A stretch of 63,522 bases of DNA, filler included. It is 6 parts of 6 records of this genome, joined end to end, with 100 filler letters (N's around TTAATTAATTAA, not from the genome) between each part and the next. Parts side by side here need not be neighbours in the genome. Positions count along the whole stretch, not along the records: positions 9,387 to 14,860 come from SRR20825010_2947; positions 14,961 to 30,038 come from SRR20825010_2961; 4 more parts are not named here. One strand, 5' to 3'. A program made the translations under genes and the position numbers. Positions 10,078-19,774 of this stretch are shown here, piece after piece. Position 1 is the first letter of the stretch. Each line of letters opens with the position of its first letter. The notes below the pieces were generated by a model, which saw nothing but the letters and a program-made list of their open reading frames with translations, searched no databases and had not been told where the DNA came from.

Positions 10078-11120
10078 ATCAGCCCGACTCCGACTATCTG
10101 CCCACGGCAACCATAGAAACGCTGCAACAACGCAGCCAGCTGCTGCGCGCCATTCGTACTTTCTTTGAATCCCGGGGATACTGGGAAGTCGAAACCCCCC
10201 TGCTCTCCCGCGATACCGTAGTCGATGCCTATATCGATCCGTTTCTCACTCACTGGCATGCGGCTGAGGGTGCAGCTGACGCTACAGGAGAACCACGTTA
10301 CCTGCAGACTTCGCCGGAATTCGCAATGAAACGCTTACTGGCGGCTGGCGCGGATCAGATATATCAGATCACACACGCATTTCGACAGGCAGAACGGGGC
10401 TCCATGCATAACCCGGAGTTCGCCATGCTCGAATGGTATCGGCTGGGGGAAACACACCACGATCAGATGAGCTTCGTCGAAGCACTGGTTCGCCAGATCT
10501 ACGAACTGGCTGCCTCTCTGGATCAGATAACGCGCCCGTCATTACCAGAGATGTCTTTTGAACGTTTCAGTTACGAAGCCGCTTTCTTACAGTTCGCCGG
10601 TCTGTCCGGACTCCATTCGACAGCGGATGAATTTCAGCAGATCGCAGGCAGGCATCAAATTTCTGTTCCAGCAGATTTTGAGATCACTGACTGTCTGAGC
10701 TGGCAGAATCTGCTGCTGGTAGAACTGGTCGAACCGGCGTTGCGCGAGAAAGGGGCCGTCTTCATCTACGATTATCCCGCCTCTCAGGCCGCCCTGGCTC
10801 GCATCAGTCAGGGAGATCATCCCGGTTCAGCAGGAGTGGCAGAGCGTTTTGAACTCTACCTGCAAGGCGTCGAGATCTGTAATGGCTATCATGAATTAAC
10901 GGATGCGGACGAACTGCGAACGCGGATCAGACAGCAGTCTGCTTTACGACAACGGGAAAATCGTCCCAAGCTGCCTGCAGAAAGCTATCTTCTGCAGGCG
11001 ATGGAAGCAGGTTTACCTGCGTGTGCAGGTACAGCACTGGGTCTGGACCGATTGTTTATGCTCGCTTTAGGAAAGCAGACACTTCAGGAAGTGATTGCTT
11101 TCCCGGTGGAACGTGCCTGA
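10074..11120 (+). CDS. epmA: EF-P lysine aminoacylase EpmA (GenX/PoxA)
   Basis: LysRS catalytic domain only: EVETP, YLQTSPEFAMKRLL, HNPEF.MLEWY, RFELY..G.EICNGYHEL, G.ALGLDRL. Confidence 0.93.
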   Translation: MNQPDSDYLPTATIETLQQRSQLLRAIRTFFESRGYWEVETPLLSRDTVVDAYIDPFLTHWHAAEGAADATGEPRYLQTSPEFAMKRLLAAGADQIYQITHAFRQAERGSMHNPEFAMLEWYRLGETHHDQMSFVEALVRQIYELAASLDQITRPSLPEMSFERFSYEAAFLQFAGLSGLHSTADEFQQIAGRHQISVPADFEITDCLSWQNLLLVELVEPALREKGAVFIYDYPASQAALARISQGDHPGSAGVAERFELYLQGVEICNGYHELTDADELRTRIRQQSALRQRENRPKLPAESYLLQAMEAGLPACAGTALGLDRLFMLALGKQTLQEVIAFPVERA

Positions 11121-11131
11121 CGCGGAAGCGA

Positions 11132-12115
11132 TTACCATTCGCCATTCATGCGTTCGCCGTCATTTCGCACACATAGCTGGCGGAACAGATTCGAATCAAT
11201 GTTTTTTGCCATGGACTTCGCGGAACCATCAGCCAGGCCAAAGTGGATCACATCATCATGCCAGGAACCGAAGGTCATGTGGTAAGGTGCGCCCGACTGT
11301 GACTGAGTAGGTGTGCCATCAAAGTTCCGACCATTAAAGTAGCTGGTCCCGGTGGAACTGGTTACACTCCCTGCCAGTGAACTATGACTGTCCGCCCAGA
11401 AACCGAAGGTCGACTCACCAAACAGCAGGGTATTGGATTCACCATCTGGAATATCCCGGAATTTGGTCCCGCTGTTCGGGCCGAATACCCCCCCCTTGAA
11501 ATTGGCACTGTAAGGACTCAGAGTTGAAAATCCTTCCAGATATCCCCCTACACCACGATAGTTCGAATAACCAAGATTACGGGGGCGATTAGAAGGCAAA
11601 GATGAAGAGGGACAGAGATAACTTTCAATAGCAATCGTACTGGCATTTTTACTGTCTGTTGAGAACTTGGAGAGATTGTAATTAATATTGATGTTTCCCT
11701 GATTCATTTCACCCAGAATCAAAGACTGCCAGCCCCACCAGGGAGAGAGTTCCCACTCCACCAGACGATACTGATTAGAACCACTGTTTCCATAAACGGG
11801 TATCATGACATCTTCACTGAAGGCAACGTTCGCATTCTGGGGACCAGCTGTTGGCACCCCGTTTGCGTCCAGCGGTAACGCTTCGATCCAGCCGGAGGGG
11901 AAACAGCGAAACGAGTTCGCATAGTTATGGGCGGCCAGACTGATCTGTTTCAGATTATTGATACACTGAGTCCGCCGGGCGCTTTCCCGAGCCCGCTGAA
12001 TGGCCGGCAGCAGCATGGCCGCCAGCAGCGCGATAATGGCCATCACCACCAAAAGCTCGATCAGAGTAAATCCACGACGGGATGAGTGCTTGGAATCTGG
12101 TACGAAGTTGCGCAT
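11132..12115 (-). CDS. DUF1559 prepilin-type N-terminal cleavage/methylation protein (planctomycete)
   Basis: [51 protein letters not shown]...HF.LADGS. Confidence 0.95.
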   Translation of the reverse strand: MRNFVPDSKHSSRRGFTLIELLVVMAIIALLAAMLLPAIQRARESARRTQCINNLKQISLAAHNYANSFRCFPSGWIEALPLDANGVPTAGPQNANVAFSEDVMIPVYGNSGSNQYRLVEWELSPWWGWQSLILGEMNQGNININYNLSKFSTDSKNASTIAIESYLCPSSSLPSNRPRNLGYSNYRGVGGYLEGFSTLSPYSANFKGGVFGPNSGTKFRDIPDGESNTLLFGESTFGFWADSHSSLAGSVTSSTGTSYFNGRNFDGTPTQSQSGAPYHMTFGSWHDDVIHFGLADGSAKSMAKNIDSNLFRQLCVRNDGERMNGEW

Positions 12116-12534
12116 CGATAACTCCCTGAATGTGAATGTCGCTACCCCAGCCTGATGCTTTAATGACGGGATTGGGCTTTTGTATTCGTTAACGAAAGGA
12201 CCTGACTCTACTTATATTTTCCACACTGGTAACGTGGAAGTCAATTATGAATCGACTTTTCTACCGGTAGTTTTGTCCAGAACCTGTATAGAGATTATTG
12301 TAAACCAAGATTCAACTAAACGCAAACAATGGCTGGACTTCAGCCTGTTTTTGACCAAACTGCCATGCAGGCGGTTTTTGTGATTCGGACTTCAACTCCT
12401 TATATAACGGACAATGTGCCGACGTCGCTACTGCGCATTTGCTGGTAGTAGCGACGGAGTCAAGGAGTACAGATTGAACCTGTTTCTTACGTCATTTGTG
12501 TGTTTTTTAACGGAGATTTTTCTGAAAACCACAA

Positions 12535-13110
12535 TTATGACCAGCCGTCGACAATCCAGGGCATCAGGTTCGCTATATTCCGGGCATCGTCGATACCGCG
12601 ATGATGAGTCCCCTGCAGTGGAATTCCCGTTTTCTGCAATGCACCTGCCATACCAAATCGCTTCTTGTATCCCTGTGTGATGGAAAACTGTTTTTTGAGA
12701 TTCAGATGCGCATCGGGAAACGGATATGCCAGACGGTGGAAGCGACAGTCTTGTACAAACTGTGATTTATCGTAATCGCCCCATGAACAGAACAGGTAGT
12801 CTTCAAACGGTATGAGCCAGGCCTGTAATGTTTCCAGAGCGGCAGGAAACTGAGGTGCCTGATCAACGTCTGACTGTCGAATCGAAGTCAGCTCCCTGCA
12901 AAACGCAGTCAACTGTGGATTTCTGACCGGCTGGATAAACGTCTGGAATTCATCGACGACCGCCAGCCCTTTCCGCGCCACCATGACGGCACCAATCTCA
13001 ATAATCTCCATCTCATTCCGGGGAAACGAACGTTGATCACAACAGGTCGCTTCCAGATCAATGATTAAATAATACGGGAAGCCATTCCATGTTTCCTGAA
13101 TTTGATTCAT
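12535..13110 (-). CDS. DEDDh 3'-5' exonuclease (ERI-1/KapD-like)
   Basis: IIDLEATC, EIIEIGAV, SWGDYD, HHRGIDDARN. Confidence 0.92.
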   Translation of the reverse strand: MNQIQETWNGFPYYLIIDLEATCCDQRSFPRNEMEIIEIGAVMVARKGLAVVDEFQTFIQPVRNPQLTAFCRELTSIRQSDVDQAPQFPAALETLQAWLIPFEDYLFCSWGDYDKSQFVQDCRFHRLAYPFPDAHLNLKKQFSITQGYKKRFGMAGALQKTGIPLQGTHHRGIDDARNIANLMPWIVDGWS

Positions 13111-13499
13111 GTTTTCGTTTCTCAAAGCAGACCGGCAAAACACATTTCAGAACACTAAAGATTCAAATACTACTGGTCGAACATACCGCAGAGCAATCCC
13201 TCCAAAGTAAGCAAACATAATAATCATTCGTTTTGATGTTGTATTGAATTCCTCATTCACCCGGTTTGTTTCATTTTTTTTCTGCACAGTTTTTAAATAT
13301 ACATCAGAATTAAAACATTTGTGTTGCTAACAGAAATGAGCATAAGCAAACTTTATAGATGCAAACAATGAGTTCTTAATCAAACTGTTTCAGGCTCAAT
13401 GTTTCACTGGATGACTGGGCCTGAGGTAGATTATTTGTTGATAGAAATTTACGGACAGAAATTAATTTCTATTGTGATGCGTATTCAGTGTGGGCCACT

Positions 13500-14702
13500 A
13501 TGCGTGATACCTCATTACTTCTTGTTGAAGATAACAGTCTTGATGCCAGGCTGATTTCATCGCAGTTGAATAAGTTAGGTTGCAGCACACTCACCCACGT
13601 CAGCACATTGCAGGAAGCAGTTTCCTGGCTTGAAGCGCCGAATCAGGTCGATGTCATCGTCCTTGACCTCACGTTACCAGATTCCATGGGGTTGAATACG
13701 TTTGAGTATCTCTATAAACGTTTCTCTCATATCCCCATCGTCATTTTAAGTGGACGTACCGACCAGACACTGGCAATCGAAGCCGTCTCGCTGGGGGCAC
13801 AGGATTACGTTTTCAAAACAGAAGCCAGCAGCAGCGTGCTGTTACGTTCGATCCGCTATGCCATCGAACGTATGCGACGTCTGCAGATCGAAAAAGATAT
13901 GATTTCGATGGATCGGGATCTGGAATACGCGCGTGAAATTCAACAACATCTGCTGCCCCAAACGCTGCCGCAAATCGATGGCGTAGACATGGCAAGCGTT
14001 TCGATCCCCGCCAACTGGACTGGCGGGGATTTTTTTGATGTGATTCCCATCAGCCGTTACATGAAGTGCAACCATGACCTCTGGCAGCCGGAACAACCGT
14101 TATGCCAGGAAGACAGAGACAATTCCATCTGGGGTCTGGCAATCGCTGATGTAAGCAGTCACGGGTTTGCGCCTTCACTGATCATGGTTGATACCCGGCG
14201 CGTACTTCGCACCTGTTCTCATATCCTGCAGGATCCCGGAGAGATCCTCACGTTTTCCAATCGAGCCGTTTCAGAAGTCACTCTGGAAGGCCAGTTCGTC
14301 ACACTGTTCTACGGACGTTTCGACCCGCGTGACCGTACGCTGGAATTCTGCTCGGCAGGACATCCCATCTGGGTCATTGATCGTGATGGAAACTTAAGTA
14401 TGCCTGACTACGCAGGCGCGCCATTAGGGCTGATACCGAATGCGCAATACATAACAGACGGTAAACTGAATTTGAACATCGGTGATTTCCTGTTGGTGAT
14501 TACTGATGGCCTGTATGAGTGCAGATCGACACGGGGTGAAATATTTGGCATCGAGAGAGTGAGTGAAGTAATCCACCAGCACCGAGAAAAATCGGCCGAG
14601 CAGATAGTAAAAGAGCTCATAAAATCAGTTCATCTTTTCGCAGGATCACTGACAATCGATGATGACATTACGATCCTGCTGATCAAACTGGTCGAACCAT
14701 AA
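13500..14702 (+). CDS. Response regulator receiver fused to a PP2C/SpoIIE phosphatase (RsbU-like)
   Basis: LLVED, LDL.LPD, GAQDY..K receiver; GGDFFD, ADVSSHG, SAGH, TDGLYE, DDITIL phosphatase motifs. Confidence 0.93.
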   Translation: MRDTSLLLVEDNSLDARLISSQLNKLGCSTLTHVSTLQEAVSWLEAPNQVDVIVLDLTLPDSMGLNTFEYLYKRFSHIPIVILSGRTDQTLAIEAVSLGAQDYVFKTEASSSVLLRSIRYAIERMRRLQIEKDMISMDRDLEYAREIQQHLLPQTLPQIDGVDMASVSIPANWTGGDFFDVIPISRYMKCNHDLWQPEQPLCQEDRDNSIWGLAIADVSSHGFAPSLIMVDTRRVLRTCSHILQDPGEILTFSNRAVSEVTLEGQFVTLFYGRFDPRDRTLEFCSAGHPIWVIDRDGNLSMPDYAGAPLGLIPNAQYITDGKLNLNIGDFLLVITDGLYECRSTRGEIFGIERVSEVIHQHREKSAEQIVKELIKSVHLFAGSLTIDDDITILLIKLVEP

Positions 14703-14716
14703 CGAAAGAACAGGGC

Positions 14717-14860
14717 ATGTTGCGCAACCCGACGATCTGGTGGGCGACGCTGGGAGTGGTACTGTCACTCGTGTTGCCTGCAGTCGGCAGTTTTGTTGTC
14801 TTAAAGTTTTTTCCAGATACGCGATTTGCCAGCTTACCCGTGCATTCACTCATCGAAACG
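14717..14860 (+). CDS. 5' end of a membrane protein, possibly a sensor; truncated
   Basis: Hydrophobic N-terminus directly after the REC-PP2C gene; runs into the linker. Confidence 0.5.
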
Positions 14861-14960
14861 NNNNNNNNNNNNNNNNNNNNNNNNNNNNNNNNNNNNNNNN
14901 NNNNTTAATTAATTAANNNNNNNNNNNNNNNNNNNNNNNNNNNNNNNNNNNNNNNNNNNN
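14861..14960. other. Artificial contig linker
   Basis: N run + TTAATTAATTAA + N run. Confidence 0.99.
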
Positions 14961-14988
14961 GGAGGTTCGAGTCCTCTTCTGGGCACCA
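14961..14988 (+). tRNA. 3' end (T-arm + acceptor + CCA) of tRNA-Leu, or an att-site duplicate of it
   Basis: GGAGGTTCGAGTCCTCTTCTGGGCACCA; the anticodon is not visible, so Leu is assigned from resemblance to alphaproteobacterial tRNA-Leu. Confidence 0.8.
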
Positions 14989-15019
14989 ATTTCTTGTTCC
15001 GGAACGTCCCGGAAAATCC

Positions 15020-15047
15020 AAAAAACCCCGCGAAAGCGGGGTTTTTT
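15020..15047 (+). terminator. Bidirectional intrinsic terminator
   Basis: AAAAAACCCCGC-GAAA-GCGGGGTTTTTT. Confidence 0.9.
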
Positions 15048-15090
15048 GTTGTTTTTGGCGGGTTCCACTTCCTGCACCGTCCACCGGCAT

Positions 15091-15150
15091 GTGATGGCAT
15101 CCAGAGAATTTGATGGCATAATTGATGGCATCGCAGCACCATGCCATCAC
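15091..15150. repeat. Integrase arm-type binding-site-like repeats
   Basis: TGATGGCAT three times direct (15092, 15111, 15123) and once inverted (15141), about 100 bp from the tRNA 3' end. Confidence 0.65.
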
Positions 15151-15656
15151 ACAATCGGGTCGGATGCGATTTGATCCCTGACCCAGCCCTGAATCACCGG
15201 AATCTGCAATTTTCCAGCGTGCGCCACCGTGACGGGCTGCGAAACCCGCCGGGGCGATGCAATGCCGAGCGATCCGGGTCTGCTGGTCCCATATGAGGAT
15301 GGCCATGCCCGGCCTCTTCGGCGCGGTCCGGTCACCTGGGTGCGGCGGAATTCCGAAGGCAATGACAATGAGCCATTTGCTCGCGCCGCTTGAGGAAACC
15401 AGCACCCGCTGCACCGCGCTGACCGAAGAAAGGCTAGCGGCCACAAAGACCGCTGGGACGGTTGGGATGACCCGGTGTTCAGGGATTAAGCCGGCTCAAG
15501 CCCTGCTTCCGGGTAGTCACCTCGCCGGGATAAGGCGCCGCCTGTTGCGCCAATGACGCCGCGTGACAGCAGGGGTTCGGTTCCAATCTCCGGCGCCGGC
15601 GGAATCTGGCGCTCAACCGGCGCTGATCAGGACTGGTTGTCCAACGATCAATTGCG

Positions 15657-16949
15657 TCAGGTGCTCACCTTATAAGGTGGCCTCCAGCCGTGGTTGGCCG
15701 TGATCAGCAGAAGGAAATACAACGCATAAAGAACTACGTGACGGTCTATCACCAAGAGATAATGCAGAAACCCAAAAGACAAGGTCAGAGCCAGGACAAG
15801 GATGACGTTCTCCTTCATGCTCGCGTCTCCGCGAGAGTAGATCCGGTAAAAGCAATATCCGAAAAAACCCAGAGTGAGTGTCAGACCGGCAATGCCACGC
15901 TGGACAAGTTCGTCGAGAATGAAATTGTGAACGAAGCTGTAGCGCTTCAGATCTCCCTCGTTGCCGGCCGAGCCGTATTCCGCGATTGCATCGGAGATTC
16001 CGTAACCACCGCGGCCCAGTATCGGATGTTCCGAGATCAGACCAAATGCGGCTTTCCATTGAACCAGCCGGGTTGATATGCCGGATGCGGTACTGGATCC
16101 AGGGTTGTCGAGGGTTGTGGTGATTTCAACGAATGTTGTGTGAACCCTCTGCGAAACGATGGGATACAATACCCACAAGCTACCAAGGCCAACAACGAGC
16201 AAGGCAATGGACATCAGCGCATTTTGCCGGGTTACCGCCCACCAGCCGGTCCTGCTGTGTCGAACCAGGCTGAACAGATCCATTGCCAGGCCAACCATGA
16301 AGACCGGCAGAACAGCGCGCGTCTGCGAGGCAAGGACCGTGATGAATGCGAGATAGAAGAATATTCGACGGCTGGACAGCAGGGCCGGCGGGGATTTCAC
16401 ATCCAGGCGAGAGAAAACCGCAAGGAATGCAATGGCGAAAGCAGCATTCGCCGCGTTCGATCCCATGCCAAAGCGCAGCGCTCCCGCCCTTACGTCGGCC
16501 CCTCCCCACAGGGCAAGGGCCAAACCGGAGATCGCCCAAAGGAATACAATGACGAGTCCGACACGTGTTCCCAGGACAAACTGGCGCAGCGGATCACGAA
16601 CCAGCACGAGGCCCACGGCAACTGGAATCACAAGGAGCTGGTAAAGCGGATAGGATGACCACCGCATGTCTTCAGGCAGGCTGCCGTTCAGCAGGTTTGT
16701 TGCCAAACAACCTGCTGAAAACAGCAACGCGGCGAGGACATAGTTCTTGTCCAGATGGCGCAGGGATTTTGTCCACCTGAACACCAGAAGGTATATGCCC
16801 ATAACAAGAAAAACGCCAAATACCGCAGCGCTGACATTGCTTGCGATCATGAACGCCGCGGCCCCCAGGCCGAAAACCACTCCATCCAGCTTACGCCGAA
16901 AGATAAGGATTCTTTTCTGCGTAAGCCTGGGTGACGAGGGGAATTGCAT
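15657..16949 (-). CDS. O-antigen ligase (Wzy_C) family membrane protein
   Basis: Multi-TM; LASQTRA, STRLVQWK.A...I.EHPILGRG, HNFILD. Confidence 0.88.
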   Translation of the reverse strand: MQFPSSPRLTQKRILIFRRKLDGVVFGLGAAAFMIASNVSAAVFGVFLVMGIYLLVFRWTKSLRHLDKNYVLAALLFSAGCLATNLLNGSLPEDMRWSSYPLYQLLVIPVAVGLVLVRDPLRQFVLGTRVGLVIVFLWAISGLALALWGGADVRAGALRFGMGSNAANAAFAIAFLAVFSRLDVKSPPALLSSRRIFFYLAFITVLASQTRAVLPVFMVGLAMDLFSLVRHSRTGWWAVTRQNALMSIALLVVGLGSLWVLYPIVSQRVHTTFVEITTTLDNPGSSTASGISTRLVQWKAAFGLISEHPILGRGGYGISDAIAEYGSAGNEGDLKRYSFVHNFILDELVQRGIAGLTLTLGFFGYCFYRIYSRGDASMKENVILVLALTLSFGFLHYLLVIDRHVVLYALYFLLLITANHGWRPPYKVST

Positions 16950-17214
16950 GCGACTATTCCTGATTATGGACGGACATGAGAGAAGTGCGTCTGGGTCAAG
17001 CGACCGGTTTGGATCTTCGCACCAGCATGTCTCTCATACCCAATGTAATTGATTGATAATGGCTGGCCCTTGGTTGTCGCGGCCGTGAACCCGAGATTGA
17101 TCTATGGATTGGCGTTCTCCCGACGTCAAGATTCTGGAACGGAATCCCGACCCAGCGCACCCAGCAGCCGGGTTTCACAACCATCGGTGTTTTCGGGCAG
17201 GGCCGGGTAACTGG

Positions 17215-19164
17215 TCACGGAACCCGGGCCAAGCCGCGAATGCCGGGAGCCTGGTCGAGCATGAAGCCGTTGAAGAAAGCCTTGAGCGCATCATGGGCAT
17301 CGAGCGACAGGACGTGGGCGACATACTGGTCGGGGCGCACGATCACCAGGCATCCCGATTTGCGGTCTATGCCGCGGGCATCGAAGATGTCCGGCCCGTG
17401 CCTGAGATCGGGGCAGAACATCTTCTCGTAGTCGACGAGGCCGAGCCTGCCCTTTTGCGGTTTCAGAAATGCCGGCAGGGCTTCAAGCGCAAGCTCATGC
17501 GTGGCCTGCTGGAAGATCGCCCGGACATCGAAAACAGCATCGATGTCCTGATCCGGGCGGGTGAATCGCCGCACGGGCGATGCCGGATCTTCTGAAAAGA
17601 AGCTGCAGAGCCGCGCAATCGCCGAACCTGCCGATGACGGATCCTCGGCGGGGCAGAAGGCAAAAAGCCGCCAGCGGGCATCCGCCTTCACCACGTGACC
17701 GAGTTCAACAGACTTGGCGTCGGCGAGGCGGGCGACGGGGGCGGAATGGAACCGCGTGCCGATCTCGAAGCCCGGGGCAAGCGATTGCCACCGGTCGCCG
17801 CCGGTCAGCTGCGATTCCCCGTACCTGACCGACATGCCGGCCGTGTAGCGGCCATGCTGGATGAAATAGCGCTGGAACCTCGGCGCCTGGCCATTCTCGC
17901 CATCGCCCGCCTCGGGCGGCTCGCTCATGATACGCGACCATTCCCGGTCGAAGTCGATCAGATCCTGTGCCACCGCCTGCCGCTCGGCCGAATAGCTGTG
18001 CAGGATGTCCGCGGGACAAAGCCCGCGCAACACCGAGGCCAGTTTCCAGCCGAGGTTGAACCCGTCACCCATCGACACATTCATGCCCTGGCCCGCTTTC
18101 GGACTGTGGGTGTGGCAGGCGTCGCCGCAGATGAAGACACGCGGCAGGCGGGAGCCAACCTCGCTTTCGGGAACATCGTCGAACTTGTCGGTCAGGCGCT
18201 GGCCAATCTCGTAGACCGACCACCAGACCACTTGCTTCACGTCGATCGAATAGGGGCGGAAGATGCGTTGCGCCGCGGCGACCAGATGGTCGACGGTGAT
18301 GTTGCGGGCGGCAACCCGTTCGCCGGCCTTGAGCTTGTCGAGCTCGATGTAGAGCCGGATCAGATGGCCGCCCTCGCGCGGGATGATGATGATGTTGCCC
18401 TCGCCGGCCGACTGGATTAGGGTCTTGCAGCGGATGTCCGGGAAGTCCGTGACGGCGAGCACATCCATCACCCCCCAGGCCTGGTTGGCGGAATCACCTT
18501 CAAGTTCGCGGCCGATGGCCTTGCGCACGGCGCTGCGCGCGCCGTCGCAGCCGACGATGTAGCGCGCCTTGAGCTCGACCGTCTCGCCTTCACGGCCGGG
18601 ATCGACCCTTTCGAGCGTCGCCGTCACCGGGTAGTCGCCGGCCGCCGGATCGACGGTCAGTCCCGCAAGCTGGAGGGAATAGTCGGGCTCGAGCCGGGAA
18701 GGCGAGTTGCGCATGACTTCGAGATACATGTCGTGCACGCGGGCCTGGTTGAGAATCATGTGCGGCATCTCGGAGAGACCATCCTCGACGTCCTGGATAC
18801 GGCCGTTGCGGACAATCTGTTCCGGCGCCTTAGGATCGGGTTTCCAGAATGTCGTCTCGTTGACCCAGTAGCCCTGCTTGAGGATCTTTTCGGCGAAGCC
18901 GAACGCGTTGAACATTTCCATCGAGCGGCAGGAAATGCCGTCAGCCTGCCCCTTGTCCATCGGACCGGACCTGCGCTCGACGATGCGCGTCGTGATTTCC
19001 GGGAAGGCGGCGAGCTGGGCGGCAAGCGTCAGTCCGGCCGGGCCGGAGCCGACGATCAGGACATCCACAGGCGCCGTGAATTCCGGATCGAAAGCCGGCC
19101 GGCCAGCGGCGGCTTCCGACACTTCGGGATCGCCGGGGCGAAATCCATCGAGATGGTACTGCAT
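17215..19164 (-). CDS. FAD-dependent 3-hydroxybenzoate 4-monooxygenase / phenol 2-monooxygenase family
   Basis: MQYHLDGFRPGDP N-terminus, IVGSGPAGL, GQADG, GCDGARS, GDACHTHSPKAGQGMN, C-terminal VRPDQYV dimerisation domain. Confidence 0.92.
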   Translation of the reverse strand: MQYHLDGFRPGDPEVSEAAAGRPAFDPEFTAPVDVLIVGSGPAGLTLAAQLAAFPEITTRIVERRSGPMDKGQADGISCRSMEMFNAFGFAEKILKQGYWVNETTFWKPDPKAPEQIVRNGRIQDVEDGLSEMPHMILNQARVHDMYLEVMRNSPSRLEPDYSLQLAGLTVDPAAGDYPVTATLERVDPGREGETVELKARYIVGCDGARSAVRKAIGRELEGDSANQAWGVMDVLAVTDFPDIRCKTLIQSAGEGNIIIIPREGGHLIRLYIELDKLKAGERVAARNITVDHLVAAAQRIFRPYSIDVKQVVWWSVYEIGQRLTDKFDDVPESEVGSRLPRVFICGDACHTHSPKAGQGMNVSMGDGFNLGWKLASVLRGLCPADILHSYSAERQAVAQDLIDFDREWSRIMSEPPEAGDGENGQAPRFQRYFIQHGRYTAGMSVRYGESQLTGGDRWQSLAPGFEIGTRFHSAPVARLADAKSVELGHVVKADARWRLFAFCPAEDPSSAGSAIARLCSFFSEDPASPVRRFTRPDQDIDAVFDVRAIFQQATHELALEALPAFLKPQKGRLGLVDYEKMFCPDLRHGPDIFDARGIDRKSGCLVIVRPDQYVAHVLSLDAHDALKAFFNGFMLDQAPGIRGLARVP

Positions 19165-19180
19165 GATCGCTCCTCCAAAT

Positions 19181-19243
19181 TAATATGTTGACTTATTATT
19201 ATCCCGGAAATGCACGCAAGGCAAATAGTATGTGCAATTATCA
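19181..19243. promoter_or_regulatory. Putative MarR operator sites in the divergent promoter
   Basis: Imperfect palindrome TAATATGTTGACTTATTA (19181-19198) and a related TAGTATGTGCAATTATCA (19226-19243). Confidence 0.4.
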
Positions 19244-19318
19244 TTTTGGGGTAAGGTGGCGCCGGGCGCGCCCGTGCCGAGGCCGCATCCCGATGATATG
19301 CGAAGAAGCGGAGAGACG

Positions 19319-19774
19319 ATGACACATGTATCGAGAATGCCCGGGCACCTGATCCGGCGGCTGCATCAGATCTCGACCCATGTCTTCATGACCCGCACCC
19401 GGGAGGCCGGGTTCGATCTTACGCCGGTGCAGTTTGCCGCCCTTGACGCGATACGCGAGAGCCCCGGGATCGACCAGGCCGGGTTGGCCGATGCGGTTGC
19501 CAAGGACCGGGCCACCATCGGCGCCGTGGCCGACCGGCTGGAGCAGAAGGGACTGGTCAGCCGGAAGGTGAATGCACAGGACAAGCGCGCGCGAATCCTG
19601 GCGCTGACGGAGGAGGGAGAAGCCCTGGTCCTGGCGCTCAAGCCGTTGGTGGAAGAGCTTCAGGCCGACATTCTCCCCGGCCTCGACGAGACGGAGTATC
19701 AGCTGTTCGTCGAACTGGCCGCCAAGGCAGCCAGGGCCGCGGGCACGCCTCAGGCATACAGAACCGAATCATAG
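19319..19774 (+). CDS. MarR-family regulator divergent from the monooxygenase
   Basis: PGHLIRRLHQ, LTPVQFAAL, PGIDQ, DRATIG, RLEQKGLV, DKRAR; ATG 19319 after GGAGAG. Confidence 0.93.
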   Translation: MTHVSRMPGHLIRRLHQISTHVFMTRTREAGFDLTPVQFAALDAIRESPGIDQAGLADAVAKDRATIGAVADRLEQKGLVSRKVNAQDKRARILALTEEGEALVLALKPLVEELQADILPGLDETEYQLFVELAAKAARAAGTPQAYRTES

